Of a stretch of DNA of 64,000 nt, positions 19,847-34,358 are shown in pieces. Both the position numbers and the translations under genes were made by a program. Source of the stretch: the human T2T-CHM13v2.0 reference genome, Homo sapiens; assembly GCF_009914755.1 (NCBI RefSeq), contig NC_060928.1. One strand, given 5' to 3'. A model generated the notes under the pieces. It saw nothing but the letters and a program-made list of their open reading frames with translations, searched no databases and was not told where the DNA came from. How positions within the stretch are numbered: position 1 is the first letter of the stretch; every line of letters starts with the position of its first letter.

Positions 19847-20479
19847 CAGTCAGCCCTCCATATCCTTGGGCTCAGCATCTGAGGAGTCAACCAACTGTGG
19901 TCTGAAAATATTCAGGAAAAAAAAGTTAAAACAGTAAAAAATAATAAAAACTTAAAAAATATAGTATCACAACTACAGTTGACCCTTGAACTATGAGGGC
20001 TTGAACTGCATGGGTCCACTTATATATGAATATTTTTCAATAAATATATTGGAAAATTTTTTGGAGATTTGCAACAATTTGAAAAAGCTTGCTTTTTCTT
20101 TAGCTTACTTTATTGTAAGAATACAGCATATAATACATATAAAAAATATGGTTAATCAGCTGTTTATATTATTGGCAAGGCTTCAGGTCAACAATAGGCT
20201 ATTAGTAGTTAGTTTTTGGGGGAGTCAGAAGTTATGCATAGTTTTTTGACTGCACAGGGATTGGTGTCCCTGACCCCCAAGTTGTTGAGGGGTCAACTGT
20301 ATTTACATAGCATTTACATGGGATCAGGTAAAAGTAATCTAGAGATTATTTAAATTATACGGGAGGATGTGTGTAGTCTATATGCAAGTACTATGCCATT
20401 AACGGGCTTGAGCAGTCCTTAGATTTTGGTATCTTAGGGGTCCTGGAACAAATACTCCATAGATACTAAGGGATGACTA
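19847..20479. mobile_element. MER2-like Tigger element with a Tigger2/MER8-like element (19976-20299) nested at a TA
   Basis: Outer ends cagtcagccctcc/agggatgacta; inner TIRs cagttgacccttgaac/gttgaggggtcaactg flanked by TA on both sides. Confidence 0.75.
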
Positions 20480-20502
20480 TATCCTACTAGACTTCTCCAG
20501 AG

Positions 20503-20505
<3 letters not shown>

Positions 20506-20549
<44 letters not shown>
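20506..20549. repeat. (AC)22 microsatellite
   Basis: Direct reading; an interrupted paralogue lies at 23551-23591. Confidence 0.95.
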
Positions 20550-20552
<3 letters not shown>

Positions 20553-20989
20553 CATGTAATCAGATCCATTGGTGGCGGTATTGATGATGACAATATTTAT
20601 TGATATATTGTGCTGTGCTGTGGAAATCAGGGAGAAGTGTAAACTGGAGAATCACAATTTTCCTTAAAATTGAGTGTCATGCTGGACCCCTATTAACTTC
20701 AGTGGGATGGTACCAAGTTTGAGAGGCCAAAGAAGGGACCCAGAGCCAATAAATGAAACTTAGGGCTTATTTGGCAGAACTTACTTACAGGGCGGCCCAG
20801 TGGTGATGGGCTGGACAGGAGAACTGCAATCACTTGCAAAAAGCATGCAGCTTGTATAGCATTTTCACTTAGCATCCTCCCCCCAGCAACTTCCACATGG
20901 CAACCTCCTTTCTTAAGTTATTGCTTTCAGGTGCATCTGCCATATACTCCGCACCAGCATACCCTTGCGTGGCCCTCACATTCTTATGC

Positions 20990-21753
20990 CTTTCTGTCAT
21001 GAGATCCCTGGGGCCAGGTATGTGGAGGAGCATTGCAGCCAGATGCTGCAGTAGCAATATAAACTACAATAACAAAAAAGAATAACAAATATAATAACAA
21101 TCATACTGTATAGAAAGTTTTTCAAGGGCTTAGGAGTTGATTAAAACACGTGGTTATAGGGTTTTAAGACTTAGATTCTGTAGTGGAAATATGGGTATTT
21201 AAGGCCTGCATGGCCTGGGTTAGATCGTGAGAGTCATCAGGAATACATACACAACAGGTTTTAATTAATCCATAGGTTCCGCCCTTGTGGGGGCAGTTAA
21301 GATGTCCAGGGCCATGCAATTTTACAAAGAAGGGTGCATGACACACTATCTCTGTCTCACTGCTGTCATCCACTCTAGCCCATCATTGTGTACAGCCTAC
21401 CTACAGTGGGGAGTGACATTAACTTGCTCCTTTACCAGGCGGAAAATATGCCATCTCATGTTGTTGGTGGTGGGAAACTTGCTGCATGAGGTGCTGTTGT
21501 CGCTGAAGGGGAATAGGTGAAGGTCACTATACCAAGTATCGAAGTGGCCCCAGGTACTCATGTTAACTGCCTTGGTGTGGCATGGCAGGCCCACAGCGGA
21601 GGAGAGGGGGAGCTCTCCGCAGACCCAGCAGTCTGTTTTCTTCTGGAGAGAGATAACCATCTGCACCCAGTCAGCAAAGAGGTTTGCGGCACACCATCTA
21701 TGGGCAAAAGGTGAGTTGTTTAGTGGGTACAAGAAAGGACAAGTCCTGGCCAT
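20990..21753 (-). pseudogene. Retroviral env remnant with a large internal deletion
   Basis: SU CWVC motif (ORF 21397-21753), ISD L*NCMALDILTA (about 21292-21327), CCVCIPD, TM helix MIVIIFVILFCYC (about 21066-21104). Confidence 0.8.
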
Positions 21754-22456
21754 TTAACAAGACATGGGGAGTTGTGTCATTCTGAGAGAGCACCACCCCT
21801 GGCAGCAGCCTGATGCCTGGTTTACAATACCAAATGGACTGGCTCCCCTCTGTAATGTGTTGCAGGAGGCCAGAGGAAGACAGTGGAGGTATAGTGTTTC
21901 ATGAGAGGATGTTCATCCCCTTGCACAAGGGAGGACTAGGATTCATTATTTTAGAATTACAGTGGAGAGTATGGTATGAAATAGGTGTGACATATATATC
22001 CTGTTCTAGGCCCTTCCCCCATGGAGCAGAAAAACTGAACCATCGGGCTGGTTTGCCATTTCCCAGAACCACGTAATGATGTGCTCCCCAGTAGGTTGGT
22101 CCTGTGGCAAGGGCCATAGCAGATTACTTTGTGTCCCAGGTTGGGGGCAAAGGTCTGCTGTCCCTTACCCTGTCTACCTGTATCCTGATGGTCGTATCAC
22201 ATCCTTGTGTTAGAAGAGTATACATGATGGGGTGATGAGAATGTGCATATTTATTCAGTTTGTGCACGGCTGCTGGTAAGCAGCGTGTCCACAGAGCCAA
22301 CTCCTATAGGAGTTGTTTCAACAGTCCATTCAATTTGTTCAGTCAGCCCCACTGCTGTAGGGTTGTACGGCAGGTGAAAATGCCAGTGGATATCCAGGGC
22401 CTCTGCCTATTCTTGTACTTTATATCTGGTAAAGTACGAGCCCTAGTCATTGTTAA

Positions 22457-22844
<388 letters not shown>

Positions 22845-23353
22845 TAGCCCTGTGCAGGTTTCTGCACAAGTTAAGGCATAGTGGCAGCCATCCAATAGGG
22901 GCAAAGATCCTATGTAGTCTACCTGCCACCATTGTGCTGGGCTCTGGCCCTGGGTGATCTTTCTGGTATCAGGTGGCAAGGGCCTGGGGTGTTCCTGTGC
23001 ACGGGTAAGACATTGCTGACAGATGTGTACTGTGTCTTTGTATCATAGTGGCAGGCTCCAATTCTTTGCTATGGCCCAAAGGGTAAGTTGTCCCCTATGT
23101 CCTGTCTTCTTTTGTAACCAGTTGACCACATCGTCTGTGGGGACTCCCTTGAGGAGACGAATGCAGGTTAATTTGTCTGCCTGTTGATTTCCAGGTTGGT
23201 GTAGATGCAGTGTGGGGATCCACATGGTAGATCATTTTATGCATCCCCCAGATGCAATGGGGAATGTCCTTCTACATGTCAGGGCACCAAAGGAGGTGAC
23301 CTGCTACTGTCTAGTCCTGTGCTTCCCATTGTAGTAGCCACATGGTGAGTCCC

Positions 23354-23546
23354 TTTACATTGGATTAGGTAAAAGTAATCTAGAGATTATTTAAATTATA
23401 TGGGAGGATGTACATAGGCTACATGCAAATACTGTGCCATTTTATATAAGAGGCTTGAGCTGTCCTTAGATTTTGGTATCTTAGGGGTCCTGGAACCGAT
23501 ACCCCATAGATACTAAGGGATGACTGTATCCTATCAGACTTTTCCA

Positions 23547-23582
<36 letters not shown>

Positions 23583-23731
23583 GCACACACATGTAATCAG
23601 ATGCATTGTTGGCAGTATTGATGAAGACAATATTTATTGATATATCGTGCTGTGGAAATCAGGGAGAAATGTGTACTGGAGAATCACAATTTTCCTTAAG
23701 GAATGTCATGCCGGATGCCTGTTAACTTCAG
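23354..23731 (+). repeat. Dispersed direct duplicate of 20313-20702
   Basis: Same order of MER2 end, (AC)n, unique sequence and the first about 27 bp of the LTR. Confidence 0.95.
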
Positions 23732-26700
23732 ACAGCCCACCTGTGAGTACACAGGACTGCTGGGTCTGGCTTATAGAGGAGGACCATCCTGGCAGCTTGC
23801 AGCTCAGCTCATTGGCTGCTATGTCCTTGGCCTGTATCATCAATCCAGATCCTGTCAGTGGATGGCTGGATGGCTATGCCTGCTCAAGTGCAAGGATTGC
23901 CTCGTGACAAGCTGTTTGTGTACCAGGCCTGGTCAGTCATTGGGCGGTCAGACATTGGGCCCTGTCTATCCTGTATGAAGGAGAGCATCTGTGGAGGCTC
24001 AGCAGCCTCCCTAAAAGACTATGTGACAGTTGTTACATAGATGACAGGGCCAAGCACTGAATGGAGCTCTGAGCTCAAGGGGCTATTAATGTGCTCCTTT
24101 GTTGCAGGTATGTAAGCCATTTGGCCACAGTCTGTGTCTGGGCATTCCCAGACTTCAGTTTCTGGAAGATACCCTTTAGCCAACCTGCTTTGGGGTACTG
24201 GCTGCATACTAGCATCAGGACCCCTTTTGTAATGTCCTCTACTTGTTGTAAGGCATAATGTATAGCACAGAGTTGTTGTTCCATCACACTGTATCTAACT
24301 GCACCCTTTTTCCGTAGCTGGGACCAGAATCCTAAAGGCGCATATGTATGTCTCTGCCTTTGCCACGGGCCTCACCCAAACCCCTCAAGGTAACTGGCTA
24401 CATCTAGTTCACAGGCTGTCTCTGCACCTGAACTCACAAGGCTTGTATTTATTTCACTGTGACTTCAGCTGGTTCAAAGGCCTCATCCTTCTTCGTGGAT
24501 TAGTCTCAGTGGGCCCCCTTCTTGACTAAACAGTATAGGGGTCTAAGGAGTTGGGCCAAATGAGGAATAAAATGATGCCCATACCCTAGGAGTCCTAAGA
24601 AGATTTATAGCTGCTTTGGTGTCACACGATGTGAGTAGGCCTGCACCCTATCCATAATGGCAGACTCAAGTATTTGGCTGATAAGCCTGGACTCTGGATT
24701 TTTGTCTGTGTTTATAGCTCATCCTGTTTGCCAGATGAGGCAGCAAGGTGTGAGGGCGCAGTTTGAAAGCTGGAAAAAGACTCAGAAGTTAGCACGATAT
24801 CATCACTGTAATGGAAAATGTGTACCCCTTCCAGGACCTCCATGGCTATATAAATATCCCTGGGGCAAGATGGTAAAAGTCTATTGTTCTTCCCAGGTGA
24901 ATGCAAATTGGTCTTGACTCTCTGCGGCAATGGGGATGCTGAAGAAGGCATTGGTTAAATCAATAACAGAGTGGTAGTGGTATGTGTCCAGTGCCTCTCC
25001 CGCCCTCTTTAGAAGGGAGGTGATATTGGGAACATGTGCATACATTGGGGGGACTGCCTTACTTAATTCCCAGTAATCTAGTGTCATTGTCCATGTCCCA
25101 TCAGGCTTCCACATGGGCCGTACATGGCTGTTGTATGGGCTGTGCACTGGCCTTGTAATGCCTCCTTGGGCTAACTCCTTAACAATCCCTGTGGTTTCAT
25201 TATGTCCCCCCAGCAGGCAGTATTGCCTCAGTGCTACTACTTGCTGTGTGGGGTTGGCAACTATACTGGTGTCCATTTCGCATTCCCCTTGGTCACATGC
25301 TTCACCACTCTCAGTCAGAACTCCCCAGCAGTTGTTTGGAGGGTCAAGCCTGATAAGATATCCATTCTCAAGATGTATTCCAAGATGGGAGCTATACATA
25401 CTAAATAGGGTTTTGGTGGCAGTCTCTCAACTTGTAATACTCAGACAGTTCAACCTTTCTGATCCCCATCCATAACCATCTTTTGCCATTTTAGCCCCTT
25501 GGAACCAACGAATGTCACCATATATGAAAGTGCATTTGGCTCTAGTATCCACTAGGGCACGCACAGTGTGTTTATTCTTAGGCGACCAATATATAGTTAG
25601 TTCTACATGTGGCCTCTGGTCCCCAGGTACCCTGGCCACCATTACTCTTATCAGGGTTCTGGGGCCTTGGCTTTCATCCAGTCTAACAGGGTTGACACTT
25701 GCTATCCCTCTGCAGGAAGGGTGGCGGGCTGAACCTGAGGCTCCTTAGTGAAGCACTCTTCTGGTGTGAGCTTCTGCCACAGTCTGACCAGAACAGCATT
25801 AGGCTGTTTATCTGTTTTCATAGTAGCTGTTCCTGCCACTACCAGGTTGTGCCACATTTGTTGGTCAGTCACCCTGATGGGCCCCTTGGCCGTCTCCTTT
25901 CCTTTGGCGCCCTTGTCTTTCATCCCAGCAGCACGTACCCTTTGCCTATGCAGTTTCTCCATTTCTCATAAGTTGGTGGCTGCTTGGGCCACCTGAGACA
26001 CTGGCTGTCCTACTAGGGGGCTCTGGGTAGACACTAGCACACCATACCATTGGTTGAGTGCAGACTAAGATGGTGTCTTTCATGTTGGCAGTGAAAAGCT
26101 CTTTGTTGGACCTTGGTGATGTTCAGCATAGATAGCATGTTTCATCCCTAATTTCCAGATGATGTCCTGCAATTCCTCCATAGTCTGCCATCACAAAGGA
26201 GATATGGGGATACTGCCCTCATCTGGCCACGCTTCATTGCAGCCCACAACCACCCAGCTAAGGAGGGGCATGGCCTGATCCTCATTGTTGGCACCATAGA
26301 GGTGCTGCCTCAGGGCTGGGTGGCATGCGATGTATGCCATTCCACTCATCTTGAGTCTGGAGAGTATAACACCCTCCATCCCCGTGTCCCATAGACAGAG
26401 AAGCCACCTCTCAATCAACTGTCTCTCTTCCTGAACCCACCTTCTGCCCAGCTCCACTAGTTCCATAGTGGTGTAGTGCTGCATTGTGGTATGCTACCAT
26501 CTTTCAGGCAGAGACAAGTTTTGTGGGTCTACTCCCTGCAGGCACCATTGGTCTGACTTTATCTTGGTAGAGAGAACAGGACCTCTATGGGCTTATCCCA
26601 GTCCTCACTCTGCTCCTCACTAGAGCTCTCCACTGGGTCCCTGGACTTAGGAAGATTTAGTCATATAGTCCTAACTTGGCATGGGAGCTGGCGACCCTTC

Positions 26701-27431
26701 AAACAGGCTACCTGACAAGCTGGGATTTCCATTTTGTCATCCTGTTTCTGCAGGTAGGACAGTAGGGTCTCTGATGTTTTAGGTTGAGCTAGTCTGGCAT
26801 CTCTTTCTACTCATAGTTCTTCCTATAACAGACAACCCCTGGCCTGTGCTGGGAGCTCAGCCTCAGTGGCTGCTGGGAGCACAGTCAAGAATGGCCAGCC
26901 ATTGTGGCTGCCACAGCTCAGGCATCTAACTTTTGCTTAGTTAGATCCACCCCCCTGCAACAGCTCTTCCAGACCCTTCGGTGTTTTTGGGGTGTTCTGT
27001 ACTCATACATTGGGTCCCATCCATCAAGGATAGTGGCTTTTGGGCACCACATAAATGTGATGGTCAGCCCGGGACCCCCCCTTGGATTTCCCCTTTCCTG
27101 ATCTTACGGTCTCGGTGCTCATGAAATTTTTCTCCACCTTCCTGCTGGGTTCACCAGTTGTGGTACTGAGTCCGTGTTAACTTCTGTAAGGATGGCACCA
27201 GGTTCAAGAGGCAAAAGAGACCTGGAGCTAGCAAACAAGACATAGGGTTTTATTAGGGAGAACTAACATACAGGGACAGTCCAGTGGTGGTGGACTAGAC
27301 AGGAGAACCTCAACTGCTTGCAAAAAGCATGCAGCTTATATAGCACTTTTATTTGGCACCCTCCGTGCAGCAGCCTTCACGTGGCAACCCTCCTTTCTTA
27401 AGTTATTGCTCTCAGGTGCATTTGCCATACA

Positions 27432-27587
27432 CCCACTCCCACCGTAATGGCATTAATCCATTCCTGAGGATTAATGTTGTTACGGTCTCATGGCCTAATC
27501 GCCTCCCAGTGGTCCTACCTCTTAATACCATAAAAATATCAATTAAATTTCAACATGAGTTGTGGAAGGGACATTCAAACCATTGCA
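27432..27587 (-). mobile_element. MaLR LTR half (MLT1A/MST-like)
   Basis: ...aaatttcaacatgagttgtggaagggacattcaaaccattgca terminus. Confidence 0.7.
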
Positions 27588-28723
27588 GTTATTTTAGAGC
27601 TTTAGTTCAGAAATACAAATGCAATAACTTTTACCTCCAAATCATTGACTCATAGTTGTCTAATTTAGTAGGCTTTGAAGACCCTGCCTTTAGTCTTTTT
27701 GACCTTTTATCTGGACTGATATATGTAGGGAAAGAGGCTCAAGAAGGAAAAACAGTTAGGAAAAGAAAACTTGGAAGAGATATTTAGGAATCTTTGAATA
27801 TCTTACTGTTGGTGGAGAAAATCGTTTTTCTTTCATTTTATTTGATCATTACCACAATTTCTAGGTTATAGGAATCACAGTTGGGAGAGACTGCAGGTTA
27901 TGTAGACTATCAAGGCAAATACAAACATTCTTTTGGTACATTTTGCTCTAGGACTGGGTCTCACTCTGTCTAGTTTCTGTGAAGCTGCTTCTAGCGTCAC
28001 AGGGATTAGTGGGCCTGGTCGTAGAAATGGATTACCTAGGGATCAAAAAGCAGAAGTATCAGTAGATAGCTTTGCTTCTTTCATTGCATAAGGTGGTAAT
28101 GAAGAGTCTGGATTGCTGTGTAGGTGTTGCTCTGTAGGACTTGCCATGTTCAGCATGCCTTACTAGAGACTTTTTGACTTTCTAATACATTTTATGCACT
28201 CTAGAAGGCTCTGGAATTTTTGCTGTCCAGAAATACACTGTCTGATGAAGGAAAGAGATTTGTAAACAACTACAAATATAATGATAAACTACTCATAAAA
28301 ATGTAAAAATGTAGTGACTTCTGTGAGGAAAGCAAATACTGTGGTTAAATAGAAAAAATGACATCTAAGAAGAAGCTTAGAGTAGGAGTTCTACAGTGAG
28401 AAAGTGAGAAAAGGAAAACATTATTTGATTGAATCCTCCTACCAACCCTGTGATAGAAGTATCAGACAGACTCAAGAAAGGCCTCAGAGCGAGTATCCAG
28501 CAGAGCTGGGATTTAAAGCCAAGGTCATCTTACTTCAACTTCATGCTCTTAATTAAAACTAATAAAAGGTGGATCTTGTTTAGAGGGGTATAAGACTTTA
28601 TAATTTAATTTTAGCGTATGATACTAAGGAGAGCATCAGTTGATAAAGTAGAAAATATGCAGGTGTTGAACTGATCTATTTTCCCCTAATCTAGCAATGA
28701 ATCAGATTATGAAGAGTAGTTTT

Positions 28724-28815
28724 ATTTATGTATTTATTTATTTTGAGATGGAGTCTTGCTCTGTCGCCCAGGCTGGAGTGCAGTGGCGTGATCTCGGCTC
28801 ACTGCAAGCTCCGCC
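28724..28815 (-). mobile_element. Severely 5'-truncated Alu (AluY-type 3' end)
   Basis: About 72 nt of Alu plus tail between 16-bp TSDs tatga(a/g)gagtagtttt; contains gcaagctccgcc. Confidence 0.9.
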
Positions 28816-29004
28816 TATGAGGAGTAGTTTTTAAAAAGATTAGTGTTCTAATTACAGAATCCAGTAGGGAAAATATGTTTGGTTTTGTGTATACTGTCCC
28901 AAATACTAGTGTATGTTGTATTATGTAGTATCATTTTCTTAACTTTATATAGCAGAATAAAATTTGAAAACAGTATGCTGGAATTTTTGCAAGAGAATTT
29001 TCTA

Positions 29005-29150
29005 ATGAGGCAGGGTGGTATAGTGTAGAATAGGTTTTGAGAGTTGGACAGACTTGCTTTTAAAATCAGGCTTGTGATCTTAGACAGGTTCTATGCCTTA
29101 TCTGAGCCTCAGTTTTCTCCATTTGTAAATTGAGGAGATTGGAGTAGATG
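29005..29150 (+). mobile_element. MIR fragment
   Basis: Core gtgatcttagacagg...tctgagcctcagttttctccatttgtaaa. Confidence 0.65.
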
Positions 29151-30647
29151 ATATTTTAGTGTCATAATGCATTATGACATTCCCTGGACGTAAGGGAGAA
29201 CAAGAAAAAAATGGAAGAAAAAGAAGGATAGGAAGAATTAGAAAAAGGAAAGGGAGAAAGAAGGTAAAGAAAAAGCCCTAAGCCTCTTCAGGCCTCATCG
29301 GCTATTTTCAGTGCTCTTCTCTTTTGTATCTGTGTGAATGACTTACACTTATGTAGTTAGGGTTTTCCCATGGTGTTCTTAGAAACAGTGCTATAAAGCA
29401 GACTAATGTTGGTTGTGAAGTGCACTGCATTTTCTCATTGGAACAGTTTTATAATTTCTGACTAAAGACAGAGTAAATTACCAGTTTGATTAGTAGTGTG
29501 ACTTAGAAAGCTGAAACAATTGGGAAACTATAAGCATTTGAAGTAGTAGGACTATGTTCCAAGTGCTATAGAATAGGCATAAGTGTATCCCACTTATCGA
29601 ACATAACAGCAGCATTCCTGTTTACTATGATGTGTGCATTGAGCATAGGGAAAAACATTCATTCTGCATGGTAGATTTGAACTACTCTCTTAGCTTTAAA
29701 TAAAAAGAATTGGACATTTGGTGTTGCATTCCACCTCAGGTTACAGCAGTTATTAGGGAATAATTTGAGTTGCTCTCAGTCCTTTGAAATAACTGCCTAC
29801 ACAAGTTTGAACTCACATCTGTTTTTTGTTGTTGTTGTTGTTGTTAAACATGATAAGTTTCCTTGGGCAGGTGCAAGCAGTCACAATCATTACACTGATC
29901 TTAGAATTACCCAGAAAGTTAGAATAATTGTTTTTTTAAAGAGTCATGGTAATATCTTAATATTTGGAGGCAATATTAATGACTTCTGGTATATTATAGG
30001 TGCTCAATAAGTATTTGATTAGTTGAAGAATAATTTGAGAAATATGTGTGAAATCTAGGAGACATAATTATTACCCTATACACCCTTGATAAAGGAATAG
30101 TGTTTATTAATTTTAGAGTTGAGCTTAGTTTTGTTTGTAAACACCTTGGGAATCATCTCTTTTTTTCCACTCTTTGTTGCCTTCAGAAATCTCTGCTTTG
30201 CGCTGAGGAAAGAACTCTGAAGTGGTTATTCCTGCCTTTATAAGTAGCAATGAGCAAGTTATATGTTCTGTGTAATCTTCAAAAATGTAGGACAGTGAGG
30301 CTGCTTTAAATAACTGGTTTTAGTCCATTTTTGCCTTCCCACTGACAGATTTCCAAGCTTTGGCTCTGATACGGCCTTTAACTACATTTGTTTAAAACAA
30401 GTGCTTTTCAGGAGGTGTTTTCATTGTTCACCAGTTGTGCTATGTTTAAATGGAGTGCTTGTAAATGGCCACTGGCATATATGGGTAGTTAAGGCATCTT
30501 GACCAGATTCGTGAGTTTGACACTAAGAGACTCCATCTCCAGATGTATTTCTGGGTATGTAGGTTAAATCTATCTCTTTCTATTATTTATTCTTCCCCAC
30601 GGAATTCAGGTTTGTTTCACATGTTTTTAATTCAGGACCAATCACTT

Positions 30648-31243
30648 AGAGCAAAGAGTCTTAAACATTATTATATGAGAATCACCTGTAGAATTTACTA
30701 AACTAGGTTACTGAATCCCCCTGACAAGAGTTTCTGATTCAGTAGGTCTGAGCTGGTGCCTGAGAATGCTAACAAGTTCCCAGGTGATGCTAATGCTGGT
30801 GCTAATGCGGCTGATCTGGAGACCACACTTTGAGAGCTATTGACCTATAGGGCATTAGTTCCTAAACCTCATTATGCATCAGGCTCACCTGGGAAACTAC
30901 ACATTCACTCATGCTCACAGTCACATTCCCACTCATAATTAAGTGTTTAAGGGAGTTAGGAAGCTGGAGGCAGGATCTATAATGTTTTCCAAGTGATTTT
31001 GAAGCAGCCAGTCTTGCCCTTGTCTGTGATTGGACATTTGATTCGCTGATTTAGGCAAGTGGTTCTCCAACCTATGTAAGAAGCATTTGTAGAGCTCGTG
31101 AAAACACAGTTCTGGGGTCTATCCTGCTGATTCCTCTAGGTCCAGAAGGTCCAAGTGGGGCCCCAGATTTGCATTTCTAACAAGCTTGCAGGTATGTCAT
31201 TGCTGCTGGTCCAAGAACTGTACTTTGAGAATCACTGATCTAG
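30648..31243. mobile_element. Cluster of 2-3 MER5-type (hAT-Charlie) MITEs
   Basis: Repeated gaatcacctg...tgattcagtaggtctg...ctaacaag...ccacactttgag motifs. Confidence 0.65.
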
Positions 31244-33604
31244 GGCAACCAACTACCCAGTTTTTGGAGATTCTCTAACTGATTTAAATAACTGGATTAA
31301 ATTTAGGGATTGAAATTCTTTGACCGTCTCTAATAGTGTTGTTGCGTTTCCTCCCAGAAGTTTTTTGTGATAGTAATGTGCTCTTCCAAACTATCATTTA
31401 ACTTTGCCACTCAAGAGAAAATGAATGTCTTAAGTTTTTCAGTTATGTATAATGGTTCCGAATAAAACTTTAAAAGTGGCAAATAATTCTGAAAAAAAGT
31501 CACAAGTAAAACAGTTAATTAACAATTCAGAATACAAGTAAGAGTACAGACATGTGTATTTCCTAGTTAAGATTGTGGACCTGCATGTTTGTGCTTTTTA
31601 TATGTTGTGTCTCTGATGATTTTCCCTCTTCTGGACTGCCGCATAGTGAAGGAAGCTCTGTACTTTTTAACAAAAGTTGTGCACGTATGTCTAGTAATGG
31701 CATGAATTGAAGTGATTCAGAATTTCTTAGAACATAGTGAGCTATGCTTCCTGATTGTTTCTGTAATCTAAAGGTTATTGTTTGTAGGATATGAATACAA
31801 AACCTCTGTAGTGTTTGTGTAGATTGTACATGCCTTTTCAGAGGATAGAAGGTTTACAATCCATACTTTGTGAGAGTGATAATGCGTCTTTTACAGTGTG
31901 CTTACTCTCAACATCTCTAATCTTTTATTCCAGGTTACTAAGTATTTTCCATATCTTTTAACTTTGTTCCCATAATGAATATGAAAATTGGAAGCACTAC
32001 AATAGGAAGTGTTGCTTTCAACCCTTAGATCTCACATTATCTGAGCAGATAACAACGTTTGGTGTTTGTGATTGGGTGTGAAGCTTATTTTCAAAAGTTA
32101 TATTTTCTTTATAATTAATTTTTTAGCTAGAGTGTGGTTTGATATGTCGTGACTTGTCCAAAGAGCTAATGTTTTGTAGTTCACCTTTTTAAAGCAAAGA
32201 GCAGCTGCATTTTGAAATGTTTTATCTCAAATGGGCAAGTTGTTTACAAGCTAGACTCTAACACATCCTGACATTTAGTGTCTGTGTTTGTATTCCTGCT
32301 GGGATTAGGCTGCCTTTCTAATTAATTAGTTGCATAGCCTTTTATTAATTCCCTCAAAATTTATAATGTTTTAAATTAACAACATAGATAAGCATACTGC
32401 ATTTTTTGGGAAAACATGAAATGTTAATTATGTAGCAGTGACATAAGTTTCGTAAACTCTGTTGAATGTTAGAAGATGCTTACAACAATGTTTTCCAAAT
32501 ATAGGGATTTATTATAAACTTATCCTTCTAAGGCTGCCTGTGCCATTTCAGGAGAGTGAATATAAATAGATCTTGATTTCTTCAAGAAGTGGACTTAGTC
32601 ATTTTGTTTATGGTGAAAGGAAGTATTTGCTTTGCGTCTCTAAGAATTGTCTTTAGCATCCTTGTTAATTACACATCATTTCAACATGTTCTTACCAAAT
32701 TCTCAGGCCTTGATAAGGTAGCATAACAGAACAGGAAGAATTAAAACTCATATTTAAATAATTATTTTGTTATTACAGCACTTAAATCTGTCTAGTAGCA
32801 ATACTGAATCTAATAATTGTAACTTTTTCTGAGATGGAAAATTTTATCTCTTGTCCAGTGTTCTGAGATATTTTTAGCTCATTTGTCCCTCCACCCCCAA
32901 CTAGCTTACTTTAACAGGGATTTATGGAGCATCTGCTATGTATGTAATAGTCCAACTCTTATGAAAGGTTCTGTTTCTAATATTTTTTACTATTTTTTCA
33001 ATTCTGTCAACGTTGTTTTCTAAGTTAGAATTAAAATATTGATACTGTAGAAATTTGATATTTTAAAATAAAGTCCAGGGAAATAATGGGACTTATTGCA
33101 AAGCTTATGGTGAGCTCTACATTCAGATGCTATCATTATACTTTATCAGCTGATAAACATTGAGCAAGCTATTCAACCTCTTGGGTTTTACATCCTCACC
33201 AGCTAAGTAGGGATAACACTATATGGTTTTAAGAGTTCTTATGAGGTTTAGTAATATAGCCTGGCAGCAGTGGTGATGGTTTATATAGGCCCTTGATAAG
33301 TGTCACTTAATTTCTCCTTTTCTTCTTTAGCCTCTGGAAAATTGATATTTAAACATTTTCTAAAAATTGTATTTTACGTATATTTATGCATTTCTCTGGT
33401 AGAAGCTTGTTTGGATTTTGGCAATTTTTCTGATATGAAGTGTTCTTGATTATCCTAGTATAAAAGATAGGGAAATCTGGCAGAATCCTTTGCTTTGCTA
33501 AAGTAGTGATTTTCACTGAATCTGAATCAGTAAAAATCTTGCCTGTCAGTAAGAATATGCAGACTAGAGATATGGCTTGTTTTTGGGTAGCCTCCTTGAC
33601 AGAT

Positions 33605-33898
33605 TTTCTTTCTTTTTGAGACGGAGTCTTACGCTTTTTGCCCAGGCCGGAGTGCAGTGGCGCAGTCTTGGCTCACTGCAACCTCTGCCTCCTGGGTTCA
33701 AATGATTCTCCTTCCTCAGACTCCTGCGTAGCTGGGATTACAGGCATGCACTACAACGCCTGGCTAATTTTTGTATTTTTAATAGAGACGGGGTTCCACC
33801 ATGTTGACCAGTTTGGTCCTGAATTCCTGACCTCAAGTGATCTGCTCACTTCAGCCTCCCAAAGTGCTGGGATTACAAGCATGAACCACTGTTCTGGC
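33605..33898 (-). mobile_element. Alu (S-type)
   Basis: TSD gacagattttctt. Confidence 0.93.
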
Positions 33899-34022
33899 TG
33901 ACAGATTTTCTTGCTGAACTTTGGGTCATCCCAGATGTGAGTTCGCTGTAGGCGTGTCATAGAGCAACAGTAGTAGGAATACAAGTTAAATTGATGTATA
34001 TGTCATGATAATCAGTCCAATT

Positions 34023-34358
34023 CAGTGGTCCCCAACCTTTCTGGCACCAGGGACCGGTTTTGTGGAAGACAGTTTTTCCATGGACCTGGGGTGAGAGGGT
34101 GGGGATGATATCCGGATGAAACTGTTCCACCTCAGATCATCAGGCATTAGATTCTCATAAGGAGCAGACAACCTATTTCCCTCACGTGCACAATTCACAG
34201 TGGAGTTCACACTCCTAGGAGAATTAATGCTACTGCTGATCTGATAGGAGGCGGAGCTCAGGTAGTAATGCTTGCTCGCCTGCTGCCCACCTCCTGCTGT
34301 GAAGCCCAGTCCCTAATAGGCTAGTACCAGCCCATGGGCCATTGGTTGGGGACCCCTG
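34023..34358. mobile_element. MER1B-like hAT-Charlie element
   Basis: TIRs cagtggtccccaacc/ggttggggacccctg; 8-bp flanks gtccaatt/ctctaatt. Confidence 0.85.

Noticed and set aside
21164-21753. Possible domesticated env (syncytin-like)
   Set aside because: Stop in the ISD, frameshifts and loss of most of SU/TM.
31250-33590. Long stretch with few recognisable repeats; possible hidden exon or enhancer
   Set aside because: No convincing ORF or splice-site pair, and conservation cannot be judged without alignments.
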